Shown: positions 1-11,881 of the stretch, piece by piece
Position numbering within the stretch: the stretch's first letter is position 1
Layout: every line of letters starts with the position of its first letter
Assembly: GCA_052034935.1 (NCBI GenBank)
Contig: JBPOIB010000001.1
Location: 1,341 to 65,340 of the forward strand
Source of the DNA: Candidatus Moraniibacteriota bacterium
GTDB taxonomy: Bacteria; Patescibacteriota; Minisyncoccia; Moranbacterales; UBA1568
Reading direction: 5' to 3'
Length of the DNA stretch: 64,000 nt
The notes under the pieces: model-generated
Told to the model about the DNA's origin: nothing
Seen by the model: only the letters and a program-made list of their open reading frames with translations
Databases searched by the model: none
Program-made: the position numbers and the translations under genes

Positions 1-2
1 AA

Positions 3-524
3 GAACGATACTGTTCCCCAAAAGCCTTCACCCTGATTGAAGTTCTCGTCGTCTTCTCAATTATCTCGATCGTCACCGCGGTCATGCTCGTCTCCATTTC
101 AGATCAGCGCAATGTTCGGTATGTCGACCGTGCTTCCCGAGAGGTGGCTGCCGTGTTGCGTGAGGCGCAGGGCTATGCACTTGCGGGATGGAAGGGAAGT
201 ACATCTCAGTCTGTCTGCGGCTACCATGTGGTCATGCCTGCCGGAAGCGCTTATTCGGTCGTCAATACCTACCCGAGCGGCGGATGCGGAAGTACGGCGA
301 CAATCGCGGCCTACAGTCTCAAAGCAGGCGTGACTTTTCCGGGCTATACGAATATTGCCTTTTCGCTTCCGCGGGCTGAGACGTCATATTGGAACGGGGC
401 AACAATGGTACCGATCGCCTCGCCGCAATTGATTACCGTCAGTCGGTCCGGGCTATCTTACTATATCTGCGTTTACTCTACTGGCCGGATTGTTGAAAAC
501 GGCACGAATAGCACCTGCCCATAA
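3..524 (+). CDS. Type IV pilin-like protein (5' end outside window)
   Basis: Frame is open from base 3 and reads ERYCSPKA|FTLIEVLVVFSIISIVTAVMLVS, a class III prepilin signal with E at +5 and a hydrophobic helix. The ORF-track start at 84 is internal. Confidence 0.85.
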   Translation, partial: ERYCSPKAFTLIEVLVVFSIISIVTAVMLVSISDQRNVRYVDRASREVAAVLREAQGYALAGWKGSTSQSVCGYHVVMPAGSAYSVVNTYPSGGCGSTATIAAYSLKAGVTFPGYTNIAFSLPRAETSYWNGATMVPIASPQLITVSRSGLSYYICVYSTGRIVENGTNSTCP

Positions 525-533
525 CTTTTCCTT

Positions 534-1133
534 ATGCTTTCCCTGAAAAGACCATCCTACCGGGCATTCACGATTTCTGAGGTCATGCTTTCGGGATTTC
601 TCTTGACGATGGGCATCCTCTCGGTCGTCGGCTTGTTTGTCGTGGCGCAGCGGAGCGCCCGCGAGACGCGTAGCATTACGATTGCGACCGCTCTCGCGCA
701 GGAGGGGATAGAGATAGCCCGCAATATCCGCGATAACAATATCGCGTATCGAGTCGCCAACTGGGGAACCTGCAGCACTTCGACCGCTGGCGCCTGTGAC
801 CCGTTCAATGGTTTTCCCAACAACGGGCAGCGGACGGTGAGCTATAATTCCTCAGCCTTCACGGTTCCTGGCGACACTTTCCTGTCGTATAATGGCTCTG
901 GTTTTCAGTACCACGGAGGAGGAACCTTTACCGGTTTCTTCCGGATCATTAAAATCGACCATACTGGTTCGGCGGATACGGCGCGAGTGCAATCGTTCGT
1001 ACATTGGCAGAGCGCAGGCTATCCGGACTATGTTAATCCGACTCCACAGATTAGCGGGGCAGCTGCCACAACATGGTGTATCCCGTCGAATCGATGCGTC
1101 TATACCGAGCTCCTCCTCACTGGTTGGAAATAA
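534..1133 (+). CDS. Pilin-like protein (PilV-like)
   Basis: RA|FTISEVMLSGFLLTMGIL prepilin motif, then ALAQEGIEIARNIRDNN as in PilV-like minor pilins. Confidence 0.85.
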   Translation: MLSLKRPSYRAFTISEVMLSGFLLTMGILSVVGLFVVAQRSARETRSITIATALAQEGIEIARNIRDNNIAYRVANWGTCSTSTAGACDPFNGFPNNGQRTVSYNSSAFTVPGDTFLSYNGSGFQYHGGGTFTGFFRIIKIDHTGSADTARVQSFVHWQSAGYPDYVNPTPQISGAAATTWCIPSNRCVYTELLLTGWK

Positions 1134-1137
1134 CCCT

Positions 1138-3802
<2,665 letters not shown>

Positions 3803-3806
3803 TACT

Positions 3807-4088
3807 ATGCTCTCAACTGACGAAGTGAAACATATTGCGACGCTCGCTCGGGTCGGACTCACCGACGCGGAGGTGACGCATTTCCAGAAAGACCTCTCGG
3901 CTGTGATTGATTGGTTCGGTGAACTGAAAGACGTCGATGTGACCGGTGCCCCGGCCGAGACTTCTATGGCGCCCGAATCGAATCGGGCTGCCAAAGATGT
4001 GGAGACGCTGTCGGGTGAGGCGCCACAGATTCTCGCCAATGCGCCCGGCAAGAAAGGTAATTACTTCAAAGTGAAATCCGTTTTCTAG
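3807..4088 (+). CDS. gatC: Asp/Glu-tRNA amidotransferase subunit C
   Basis: EVKHIATLARV...ILANAP...YFKVKSV; 93 aa, directly before gatA. Confidence 0.95.
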   Translation: MLSTDEVKHIATLARVGLTDAEVTHFQKDLSAVIDWFGELKDVDVTGAPAETSMAPESNRAAKDVETLSGEAPQILANAPGKKGNYFKVKSVF

Positions 4089-4094
4089 TTTCGT

Positions 4095-5555
4095 ATGATT
4101 CGCGAACTCCATCAGAAAATTCAGAGCGGGGAAAAGAAAGCTGTGACGCTCGTGACCGAGTACTTTGCGGCGCAGAAAAAGCGTGACGGCAGTCTGCACG
4201 CCTTCCTCTCGACGCGCGAAGCGGAGGCCATGCGTGAAGCCGAAGCCGTGGATGCGGCCGTGGCCGCTGGTGAGACGATTCCGATGCTCGCGGGTATACC
4301 TGGTGCCGTGAAAGACAATCTCGTCATGGCCGGGGAGCGCACGACAGCCGGATCGAAGATCCTTGACAATTATATCGGGACCTATGATGCGACCGCCGTG
4401 AAGAAACTCAAGAGCGATAGAGCAGTGATTCTCGGCAAGACGAACCTGGACGAATTCGCCCTCGGCTCGTCGACCGAGCTCTCGGCCTATGGCCCGACGA
4501 AAAATCCGATCGATGAAACGCGCGTCGCGGGTGGGACGTCTGGTGGCTCGGCGGTCGCTGTTGCGGCCGACATGGCGGTCTTCGCGCTCGGCTCGGACAC
4601 CGGCGGTTCCATCCGCCAGCCAGCGGCTTTCTGCAGCGTGTATGGCCTGAAGCCGACCTATGGTCGCGTGTCGCGTTCCGGCCTCATCGCCTCGGCTTCA
4701 TCACTCGATCAGGTCGGCGTCCTGGCGAAGTCGACCGAAGACGTCGCTATCGTCCTCTCCTCGATCGCTGGTAGTGATAGTCTCGATGGGACCGCGTCGG
4801 AGCGCGCTGTGCCGAAATACGAGGACCTCCTCACGGGTGATATCAAGGGAAAAAAGATCGGTGTGCCGGAGGAGTACTTCACCGACAAGCTCGACGAAAA
4901 GATCAAATCTGCGGCCATGGCCGCGCTCGACGTGTTCAAGTCACTCGGCGCCGAGATCGTACCGATCAGTTTGCCGCATAGCCACCTCGCCCTCCCGATC
5001 TATTACATCGTTCAGCCGTCCGAGCTTTCCTCGAACCTCTCTCGTTTCGATGGCATCCGCTTCGGTCTCTCGGTGAATGACCAGGAAGACTCGCTCGAAA
5101 AGACATCGACCTTGCTCGAGACCTATCTCGACACGCGTAAAGTTGGCCTCGGCCCGGAGGCGAAGCGTCGCATCATGCTCGGCACCTATGCGCTCTCAGC
5201 CGGCTACTACGACGCCTATTACAAGAAGGCACTCGCCGTCCGCGCCATCCTCCGCCAAGATTTCCAGAAAGCCTTTGAAACCGTCGATGTCATCTTTTCC
5301 CCGACGACCCCGGAGACGGCGTTCAAGCTCGGCTCGAAGACCGATGACCCGCTCAAGATGTATTTTTCCGATATCTATACTGTCACCGCGAACTTGGTCG
5401 GCGTTCCAGCTATGTCATTTCCCATGGGCACGATTGCTGAAGATGGCGTGGCGCTCCCGATTGGCGGGCAATTCATGGGCCGCTGGTTCGAAGAAGACAC
5501 GGTCCTCAATCTCGTTCACGCTTTTGAGAAAGCGGACAAGCGTTCGGCGCTCTAG
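4095..5555 (+). CDS. gatA: Asp/Glu-tRNA amidotransferase subunit A
   Basis: Amidase signature (GKTNLDEFA, GGTSGGSA, GSDTGGSIRQPA) and RRIMLGTYALSAGYYDAYY. Confidence 0.98.
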   Translation: MIRELHQKIQSGEKKAVTLVTEYFAAQKKRDGSLHAFLSTREAEAMREAEAVDAAVAAGETIPMLAGIPGAVKDNLVMAGERTTAGSKILDNYIGTYDATAVKKLKSDRAVILGKTNLDEFALGSSTELSAYGPTKNPIDETRVAGGTSGGSAVAVAADMAVFALGSDTGGSIRQPAAFCSVYGLKPTYGRVSRSGLIASASSLDQVGVLAKSTEDVAIVLSSIAGSDSLDGTASERAVPKYEDLLTGDIKGKKIGVPEEYFTDKLDEKIKSAAMAALDVFKSLGAEIVPISLPHSHLALPIYYIVQPSELSSNLSRFDGIRFGLSVNDQEDSLEKTSTLLETYLDTRKVGLGPEAKRRIMLGTYALSAGYYDAYYKKALAVRAILRQDFQKAFETVDVIFSPTTPETAFKLGSKTDDPLKMYFSDIYTVTANLVGVPAMSFPMGTIAEDGVALPIGGQFMGRWFEEDTVLNLVHAFEKADKRSAL

Positions 5556-5587
5556 CTACGAAGTGAGGGAAAAACCGGGGAGAAATA

Positions 5588-5693
5588 GTTCACCCCGTTA
5601 CAAACTTTGTTTTACCGTTTTCGGGTTATAATACAGGAAGTGAGTTTTTTTCGTCCGTTCATGCTTTATTTTGTAAGCTTGTAACGGGGCAAG
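5588..5693. repeat. Non-coding inverted-repeat element (copy 1 of the CCCCGTTA family)
   Basis: Left end GTTCACCCCGTTACAAACTT (5588-5607) and right end AAGCTTGTAACGGGGCAAG (5675-5693) form a 14/15 inverted match. Contains TATAAT at 5627-5632 and ends 3 nt before the ATG at 5697. Confidence 0.7.
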
Positions 5694-5696
5694 CAT

Positions 5697-6233
5697 ATGA
5701 GTACAGATTTCGACGCGCTCGGCTTTATCGGCATGGTGCCGGCCATTTGGGCTATCGTGAGTGAATCAGCGGTCTTCGCCGTCCTGAAGTTTTTCCTCAT
5801 CGTCTACTCCCTCGTCCTCATCGCCAATACGTTGATGCTGCTCCTCATGCGCGGTGTGACCGAGAACCTGAAAGTCCAGATGTACGGCACAGCTCGCCCG
5901 CTCATCAAGAAGAACGAAGCCGCCGCTCGCTGGCGCGCCCTCGAGAACCGGCTCGAGAGCGATAATCCATCTCACTACAAAGCCGCTGTCCTCGAGGCGG
6001 ATCATTTTGCTGACGAGCTTTTGAAGGAATCCGGTTTCGATGGAGAGAATATGGGCGAACGCTTGGCGAATATGAATCCGGGCCAACTGCAGAGCTACGC
6101 CGGTTTGAAAGCGGCACATGAGATCCGGAACCGTATCGTGAATGAGCCGGCCTTTACGGTCGACCAGGGCGAAGCCAAAGACCTCCTCGAAAAATACAAA
6201 GCCCTCTTGGTTGAGCTGGAACTCTTTTCGTGA
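5697..6233 (+). CDS. Membrane-anchored hypothetical protein with degenerate HEPN-like C-terminus
   Basis: N-terminal TM segments, then AAVLEAD...GENMGERL...AHEIRNRIVNE (RX4H motif with H replaced by N). Confidence 0.75.
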   Translation: MSTDFDALGFIGMVPAIWAIVSESAVFAVLKFFLIVYSLVLIANTLMLLLMRGVTENLKVQMYGTARPLIKKNEAAARWRALENRLESDNPSHYKAAVLEADHFADELLKESGFDGENMGERLANMNPGQLQSYAGLKAAHEIRNRIVNEPAFTVDQGEAKDLLEKYKALLVELELFS

Positions 6234-6392
6234 GTATTTTATAGCCCCTTGGTAATTTTTAGATAAAAAATCGCCTGAAGAGTATTTGTTTGCGTGGTGA
6301 TTGAAGCTTGACATATTTTGTTTGAACAGTGTTCATTTTAGGCCTATATTTCAGTTGTTACTATGCTATAGGTAAACTTATTTTTAGAAATT

Positions 6393-6869
6393 ATGGGAAA
6401 GAACTATGCCAAAAAAGGAATTACTTCACCTCACCGAGGATATGAAAAATTTATAAATGCAGCAGATCTTAAGCATGATGAAGTTACAATAGTACTAAGA
6501 TCACATTTACTAGTGGAGTACTACCTTGATCAAATAATATTACTTAATATTCCCAGAGGGGATGTCCTTCTTGATCAGAAGTTCTCTTTTATACAAAAAA
6601 CATACATTGTTGAGTCTCTAGAGGTTTTACCTGAGAGATTAATCAATTCGGTCAAAAATCTAAACTCCATACGTAATCGTTGTTCTCACGATCTTGACTA
6701 TAAAATTTCCGAAGTAGATGTTGATAAAATTGGTATGCCTTTTGGAAAGAGCTACTTAGAAATAAAAAGAGATCATTTTGATTCTATTAAAACCTTGCTT
6801 CACTGGACGATTGGGGCACTTTTTATCACAAAACTTGATTCCGAGTCAACAATACCTGGTAAGGAATAG
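6393..6869 (+). CDS. Low-GC HEPN (MtlR-like) domain protein
   Basis: IVLRSHLLVEYYL and LNSIRNRCSH (RX4H) motifs; markedly AT-rich compared with the flanks. Confidence 0.65.
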   Translation: MGKNYAKKGITSPHRGYEKFINAADLKHDEVTIVLRSHLLVEYYLDQIILLNIPRGDVLLDQKFSFIQKTYIVESLEVLPERLINSVKNLNSIRNRCSHDLDYKISEVDVDKIGMPFGKSYLEIKRDHFDSIKTLLHWTIGALFITKLDSESTIPGKE

Positions 6870-6900
6870 TTCCGACTTTGTACCATAGCCTCAAAAATTT

Positions 6901-7413
6901 ATGAATGAAGCAGATCGAGATTCGCTTTCAATAAAGCGTGATGCACTCTTAGCAAAAAAGAGGATATTAGATTTCATTGATCTTCTCAGACAAAAAGGCC
7001 CTGAGTCTAAAATGATTTATCATACTCAGGCAAAATTTCTTGCTGAACATGCGCAAGTAAATAGCGAAGAACATTATGACAACTTAATTGAAAGCATATC
7101 TCAAGATCGGGTTGTTAGTTTCAAAAAAATGCTACCGCCAGTAAACTATTGGAAAAATTATCAGGTTGAAATTAGTATCTCTCCTAATTTTGATGCCTAC
7201 ATATATAAGGTTAGGAGCGAATATCATACTATAAATAATTCCCTCAAAACGACTCCTGTAAAAAGCTCGGTAATTTCTATCAAACTAGCGAATATAATTA
7301 AACTAGTAAGTACGAATCCTTTACTATCGTTCGTTTTTGGTACTTTAATTACACTAGTTATCTTATACGTTATATTTATTAAGTTTGGGGTAAATTTGGC
7401 TCAATTTAGATGA
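6901..7413 (+). CDS. Low-GC hypothetical protein with C-terminal TM helix
   Basis: 170-aa ORF in the AT-rich islet; hydrophobic LLSFVFGTLITLVILYVIFIKF near the C-terminus. Confidence 0.7.
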   Translation: MNEADRDSLSIKRDALLAKKRILDFIDLLRQKGPESKMIYHTQAKFLAEHAQVNSEEHYDNLIESISQDRVVSFKKMLPPVNYWKNYQVEISISPNFDAYIYKVRSEYHTINNSLKTTPVKSSVISIKLANIIKLVSTNPLLSFVFGTLITLVILYVIFIKFGVNLAQFR

Positions 7414-7458
7414 AATACAGGTGTCAACTTCGTCCCATAAGTTCAGGATTAGTACTAA

Positions 7459-7515
7459 TTGACATAAGGCTTAAATTGCTATAGATTATAGGCACAAGCC
7501 CTTGGGGCTTTTTTT
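7459..7515 (+). promoter_or_regulatory. Sigma70 promoter of secE followed by hairpin + T-tract
   Basis: TTGACA(7459)-17 nt-TAGATT(7482); then AAGCCC-TTG-GGGCTT (7496-7510) and TTTTT. Confidence 0.65.
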
Positions 7516-7541
7516 AGACCAGAAAATAGCTTAAAAAAGCC

Positions 7542-7727
7542 ATGAACAAGGTCATCAACTTCTTCGTTGAAGCCAAAGGCGAACTGATGAAGGTCAACTG
7601 GCCGAGCCAGAAGGACCTGATCCGATACACTGTTTTGGTGGTCGTCATCAGCCTCGCGGTCGCCATTTTCCTCGGCGCTCTCGACACGCTCTTCAGCTAC
7701 CTCGTCGAACGGTTTCTCCTCACTTAG
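7542..7727 (+). CDS. secE: Preprotein translocase subunit SecE
   Basis: ELMKVNWPS motif plus one TM helix; lies before nusG. Confidence 0.97.
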   Translation: MNKVINFFVEAKGELMKVNWPSQKDLIRYTVLVVVISLAVAIFLGALDTLFSYLVERFLLT

Positions 7728-7751
7728 TAATCACTCTTTTCTCCCAACGCT

Positions 7752-8297
7752 ATGGCCAAACAGAGTCAGCATCATGGGCGCGCCTGGTACGTGCTTCACA
7801 CCTACTCCGGGTATGAGGACAATGTCGCTCGCAACCTGAAGCAGCGTATCGAGTCGATGGACATGCAGGGCCTCATCTTCGATGTGCTCGTGCCAAAGGA
7901 GAAGAAGATCAAGATCAAGGCCGGCAAGCGCGTCGTGATCGAGGAGCGCATCTACCCAGGCTATGTCCTCGTCGACATGGTCGTGACCGATGCGAGCTGG
8001 TACGTGGTGCGCAATACGCCGAACGTGACGGGATTCATCGGTCTCGGTACCACGCCGACTCCGGTTGACCCAGCTGAAATCGAAGGACTGAAGAAGCGTA
8101 TGGGTGTCGCCGAACCGAAGTACAAGATCGACGTGAAGATCGGCGAAAGCGTCCGCATCAGTGATGGGCCGTTCAAGAACTTCGAAGGCAAGGTGCAAGA
8201 AGTGGACGACGAGAAGGGGAAAGTGAAGGTGCTCGTGTCCATCTTCGGTCGTGAGACCCCGGTCGAGCTCGACTTCCTCCAGATCAAGAAGGACTAA
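7752..8297 (+). CDS. nusG: Transcription elongation factor NusG
   Basis: [18 protein letters not shown] and KOW domain (DGPFKNFEG...[10 protein letters not shown]). Confidence 0.98.
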   Translation: MAKQSQHHGRAWYVLHTYSGYEDNVARNLKQRIESMDMQGLIFDVLVPKEKKIKIKAGKRVVIEERIYPGYVLVDMVVTDASWYVVRNTPNVTGFIGLGTTPTPVDPAEIEGLKKRMGVAEPKYKIDVKIGESVRISDGPFKNFEGKVQEVDDEKGKVKVLVSIFGRETPVELDFLQIKKD

Positions 8298-8320
8298 TTA
8301 GAGAAGAGATTTCAAGACTT

Positions 8321-8746
8321 ATGGCTAAAGCAATCAAGGCAATCGTGAAGCTCCAGATCCCGGCCGGCAAGGCGACCCCGGCTCCGCCGGTGGGTACTGC
8401 CCTCGGACCACACGGGCTCAACATCCAGGACTTCTGCAGCAAGTACAATGAGGCCACTCGTCCGATGATGGGCGACATCATTCCGGTGGAGATCACTATC
8501 TTCGAGGACCGCAGCTTCACCTTCGTGATGAAGACCCCGCCGGCCTCCGACCTCCTGAAGAAAGCCGCCAAGATCGAAAAGGCGGCCGCGAATCCGCTCA
8601 AGGACCGCGCCGGTGCTGTCACCGAAGCGCAGGTGCGTGAGATCGCCGAAAAGAAGCTCCCGGACCTCAATGCCAACGATGTCGAAGCCGCTGTCCAGAT
8701 TATCAAGGGCACGGCCCGCTCGATGGGCATCAAAGTCGAGGGCTAA
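8321..8746 (+). CDS. rplK: 50S ribosomal protein L11
   Basis: [20 protein letters not shown]...GTARSMGI. Confidence 0.99.
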   Translation: MAKAIKAIVKLQIPAGKATPAPPVGTALGPHGLNIQDFCSKYNEATRPMMGDIIPVEITIFEDRSFTFVMKTPPASDLLKKAAKIEKAAANPLKDRAGAVTEAQVREIAEKKLPDLNANDVEAAVQIIKGTARSMGIKVEG

Positions 8747-8769
8747 CAAAATAGCAATACTGACGCATT

Positions 8770-9063
8770 ATGGAACAGCTTCCACTCCCGGATTTCAAAG
8801 CAATCGCTGCAATGAAGCGTCAGGATGCTGAACGGAAGCGCGAGGGCCTCTTTCGAAGGTTTGGAGAATTCCTCGAACGGGAAGCGGGCGGTGACGCTGA
8901 TCATCCAGCCGAAGCAGCCAGAGAGGCGCTCGAAGTTGGGAAGACTGCGCAAGCCCTCGACTACCTCAAGACAGAAATCGACAAGGCAGAGGCAGCCGGA
9001 GACGAGATGCGCCGAGGCGACCTCATGCGGTGGAAGACGAGTCTCAATTCAAGCAGTCACTAA
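8770..9063 (+). CDS. Hypothetical helical protein between rplK and rplA
   Basis: The 97-aa ATG ORF fills the rplK-rplA gap; charged helical composition; no motif recognised. Confidence 0.6.
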   Translation: MEQLPLPDFKAIAAMKRQDAERKREGLFRRFGEFLEREAGGDADHPAEAAREALEVGKTAQALDYLKTEIDKAEAAGDEMRRGDLMRWKTSLNSSSH

Positions 9064-9074
9064 TTATCATAATT

Positions 9075-9103
9075 GTGGGAGCTCTGAGGAGCGTTTGTAC
9101 CAC
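9075..9103 (+). promoter_or_regulatory. Putative L1 autoregulatory mRNA operator
   Basis: GTGG-GAG-CTC-TGAG-GAG-CGTTTGTA-CCAC: outer GTGG/CCAC stem with an asymmetric internal loop like L1-binding leaders, 9 nt before the rplA ATG. Confidence 0.65.
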
Positions 9104-9112
9104 GAAAACCAT

Positions 9113-9802
9113 ATGCAGCACGGAAAGAAGTATCGGGCAGTCGTAGAGAAGCTGGAAGAGGGGAAGGAGTATAGCATCGCGGAAGCGGTGGCATTCCTCC
9201 AGGCCAACAAGACCGCGAAATTCGATGAGAGCGTCGAGATGCATTTCAAGCTCGGCATTTCCTCGAAAAAGAGTGATGAGAACGTCCGTGGAACGGTCGT
9301 CCTCCCGCACGGTACCGGTCGCACCCAGAAAGTCGTCGTCGTGACCTCGACCAAACTGAAAGAGGCACAGGATGCCGGTGCGGCGCTCGCTGGCGGCGAA
9401 GAGCTCATCGCGGCCATCAAAGACGGCAAGACGAATCCGGGAACAGATTTCGACCTCGTCCTCGCCACGCCGGAAATGATGCCGAAGCTCGCGCAGGTCG
9501 CGAAAATCCTCGGACCAAAAGGCATGATGCCATCCCCGAAGAACGAAACCGTCACCCAGAAAATCGGGGAAACGGTCGAGATGCTTCAGAAGGGGAAGAA
9601 GGCGAGCTACAAGAACGACGACACGGGGAATATCCATCAGGTCGTCGGCAAGCTCTCTTTCACCGCTGCTTCACTCGAAGAGAACGTTACTATGTTCATC
9701 GACGCTATCCAGAAGGGGAAGCCAGAGGGCCTCAAAGGCCGCTTCATCCTCTCGATGACGCTCTCCTCGACCATGGGCCCCGGTCTCCGCATCACGAAAT
9801 AA
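9113..9802 (+). CDS. rplA: 50S ribosomal protein L1
   Basis: Start at ATG 9113 (MQHGKKY); KFDESVE, VRGTVVLPHGTG, LGPKGMMPSPK and SSTMGPG. Confidence 0.98.
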   Translation: MQHGKKYRAVVEKLEEGKEYSIAEAVAFLQANKTAKFDESVEMHFKLGISSKKSDENVRGTVVLPHGTGRTQKVVVVTSTKLKEAQDAGAALAGGEELIAAIKDGKTNPGTDFDLVLATPEMMPKLAQVAKILGPKGMMPSPKNETVTQKIGETVEMLQKGKKASYKNDDTGNIHQVVGKLSFTAASLEENVTMFIDAIQKGKPEGLKGRFILSMTLSSTMGPGLRITK

Positions 9803-9806
9803 TCGG

Positions 9807-9834
9807 AAAAGCTCGCCATCCGGCGGGCTTTTTT
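9807..9834 (+). terminator. Intrinsic terminator after rplA
   Basis: AAAAGCTCGCC-ATCC-GGCGGGC-TTTTTT. Confidence 0.8.
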
Positions 9835-9869
9835 GTATACTGGGTGCGATTAACCTACTCACTCACCGT

Positions 9870-10463
9870 ATGATCCTCTCAGACCGCGATATCAAGAAAG
9901 AACGGAAAGCCGGAGAAATCACTATCGAGCCGTACAAGGAGGAATGCGTCCAGCCGGCTTCGTACGATGTTCATCTTGATCGTCACTTTCTCATTTTCAA
10001 CATCAATCAAAACTTTGTCATTGATCCGAAAGATATCTCGCTTGATCTCATGAAGAAGATCGACATCACGCCGGAGGAGCCGTTCATTCTCCATCCGGGT
10101 GAATTCGCTCTCGGCGTTCTCCTCGAAGAAACGGGTGTCTCGGAAAAGCTCGTTGGCCGTCTCGAAGGCAAGAGTTCGCTCGGCCGCCTCGGTCTCATCA
10201 TCCACACGACCGCCGGCTTCCTCGATCCGGGAAACTCGCTCAAGATGACCCTTGAGCTCTACAATGCCGGCAAGATCCCGATCAAACTGTACTACGGCAT
10301 GCCGATCGGCCAGATGGCCTTCGAGTACCTCTCGAGTCCATGCGACCGTCCGTACGGCTCCAAGGGGCTCAATTCGAAGTATAAAGGTGACAGTAAGCCC
10401 GTTGCCTCCAAGATGCACCTCAACTTCGTGGGGAAGAAGAAAAAAACCGCCAAGAAGAAATAG
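9870..10463 (+). CDS. dcd: dCTP deaminase
   Basis: MILSDRDI, VQPASYD, GRLEGKSSLGRLG, TAGFLDPG and TLELYN. Confidence 0.95.
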   Translation: MILSDRDIKKERKAGEITIEPYKEECVQPASYDVHLDRHFLIFNINQNFVIDPKDISLDLMKKIDITPEEPFILHPGEFALGVLLEETGVSEKLVGRLEGKSSLGRLGLIIHTTAGFLDPGNSLKMTLELYNAGKIPIKLYYGMPIGQMAFEYLSSPCDRPYGSKGLNSKYKGDSKPVASKMHLNFVGKKKKTAKKK

Positions 10464-10470
10464 TGTCTCC

Positions 10471-10492
10471 GCCCCCATTTCGGGGGCTTTTT
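10471..10492 (+). terminator. Intrinsic terminator after dcd
   Basis: GCCCCC-ATTTC-GGGGGC-TTTTT. Confidence 0.7.
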
Positions 10493-10568
10493 CATACTGT
10501 TTTTTCCGTTTGCGCAAGCCAGAAGAAACATGAGAAAATACGATCGTTGTTAACCAAAAAACACCGAT

Positions 10569-11861
10569 ATGGCCAAGGTATTTCTGTACGATGAATACAG
10601 TCCGGAGGATACAGCGATGATGCAGGCGCTCTATTCGAGGAGTGCGGAAAGCGTTGCGGTACATGCTGAAAAAGTGAAATCAAGCGGATCAGGAAAGTTC
10701 ATGGAGCGATTCTATGTCGGTTATGGCCACCAGTCGATTGCCGACTGCGGTAGCACGACGCTCTTTATCGAAGGGGTGAGTATGCTTGCTGATAAGGCCA
10801 TCCAGGACTGGCCGCTCTATGCTGGACAGGAAGTGAGCACTCGGTATATCGACATGAGTAAGCAGCCGATCTATGACCCCATCGGGTCAAAGGCTTCCCA
10901 GGTGATCTTGAAGCGCTGGATGGATTTCTACATCTCCTCTGGACCGATTCTCGAGGTTCATTTGAGACAAAAGTATCCGCGCAAAGAGAGCGAAGACGAA
11001 AAGGTTTACGACAAGGCCATAAAGGTCCGAACATTCGATATCTTACGGAGCTTCTTGCCAGCTGGTATGACAACGCAGCTCTCTTGGCATACGAATTTGC
11101 GCCAGGCGTGGGATAAAATTTCATCTCTCAGACATCATCCGCTCGAAGAGGTGCGTACGGTCACCGATAGTATCTGGAAGGAATTGAAAGGACGCTACCC
11201 CAACAGCTTTAGTCATAAGCTGTACCCGGAGCAGGAGGCCTACCGTGCCACCGTACTCGCCGCCCATACGTATTTCGCTCCGAAGAAATTTCCCAAGAAA
11301 TTCTCATTCTCTTCGACGCTCAAGCCGCCTGTGCTCAGTCCGTATAGAGAGCTGTTGAAAAAGCGTCCGATCAAAACAACCCTACCTTTTTTCATGCGAG
11401 CTTTAGGGACATACTCTTTCGATTTCCTGCTCGACTTCGGATCGTTCCGGGACTTGCAACGGCATCGCGCGAGCATTTATCAGATGCCGCTCCTTACGAC
11501 CCAGTACGGCTTTGAAAAGTGGTACCTTGATGAGTTGCCGGTTGCCCTTCAGAAGAAAGCGAAAGCGCTCATCGTATCACAAGAAAAAGCTATCGCTCAG
11601 CTCCGGGTATCGCCGGAGGAGCGCCAGTACTTTATCGCTATGGGTTTCCGGGTACCGTGTCACTTCACGTTCGACCTGCCGGCGCTCGTCTACTTCATCG
11701 AGCTCCGTTCCGGCCGACTGGTACATCCGACGCTTCGTCCTATCGCTCATGCGATGCACGCAGTTGTAAAGAAGAGCCTCCCGATGGTTGCTTTGCATAC
11801 GGACCTCGATAAAGACGACTGGGATGTGCGCCGCGGACTCCAGGATATCGTAAAGAAATAA
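10569..11861 (+). CDS. thyX: Long-form FAD-dependent thymidylate synthase
   Basis: YVGYGHQSIA, QEVSTRY, RSFLPAG, FRDLQRHR and YFIELRS...HPTLR; 430 aa, about two ThyX lobes; neighbours are dcd, tmk and dut. Confidence 0.85.
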   Translation: MAKVFLYDEYSPEDTAMMQALYSRSAESVAVHAEKVKSSGSGKFMERFYVGYGHQSIADCGSTTLFIEGVSMLADKAIQDWPLYAGQEVSTRYIDMSKQPIYDPIGSKASQVILKRWMDFYISSGPILEVHLRQKYPRKESEDEKVYDKAIKVRTFDILRSFLPAGMTTQLSWHTNLRQAWDKISSLRHHPLEEVRTVTDSIWKELKGRYPNSFSHKLYPEQEAYRATVLAAHTYFAPKKFPKKFSFSSTLKPPVLSPYRELLKKRPIKTTLPFFMRALGTYSFDFLLDFGSFRDLQRHRASIYQMPLLTTQYGFEKWYLDELPVALQKKAKALIVSQEKAIAQLRVSPEERQYFIAMGFRVPCHFTFDLPALVYFIELRSGRLVHPTLRPIAHAMHAVVKKSLPMVALHTDLDKDDWDVRRGLQDIVKK

Positions 11862-11881
11862 AAAACTGATTGATTTCTGTT

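Noticed and set aside
393-402. AACGGGGCAA resembling the IR-family end
   Set aside because: It lies inside the pilin CDS, lacks the upstream T[CG]T and has no partner arm. Similar partial hits near 51522 and 63559 were dismissed too.
8825-9112. N-terminal extension of L1 in the ORF track
   Set aside because: L1 similarity starts at ATG 9113; the extension overlaps another ORF and the operator.
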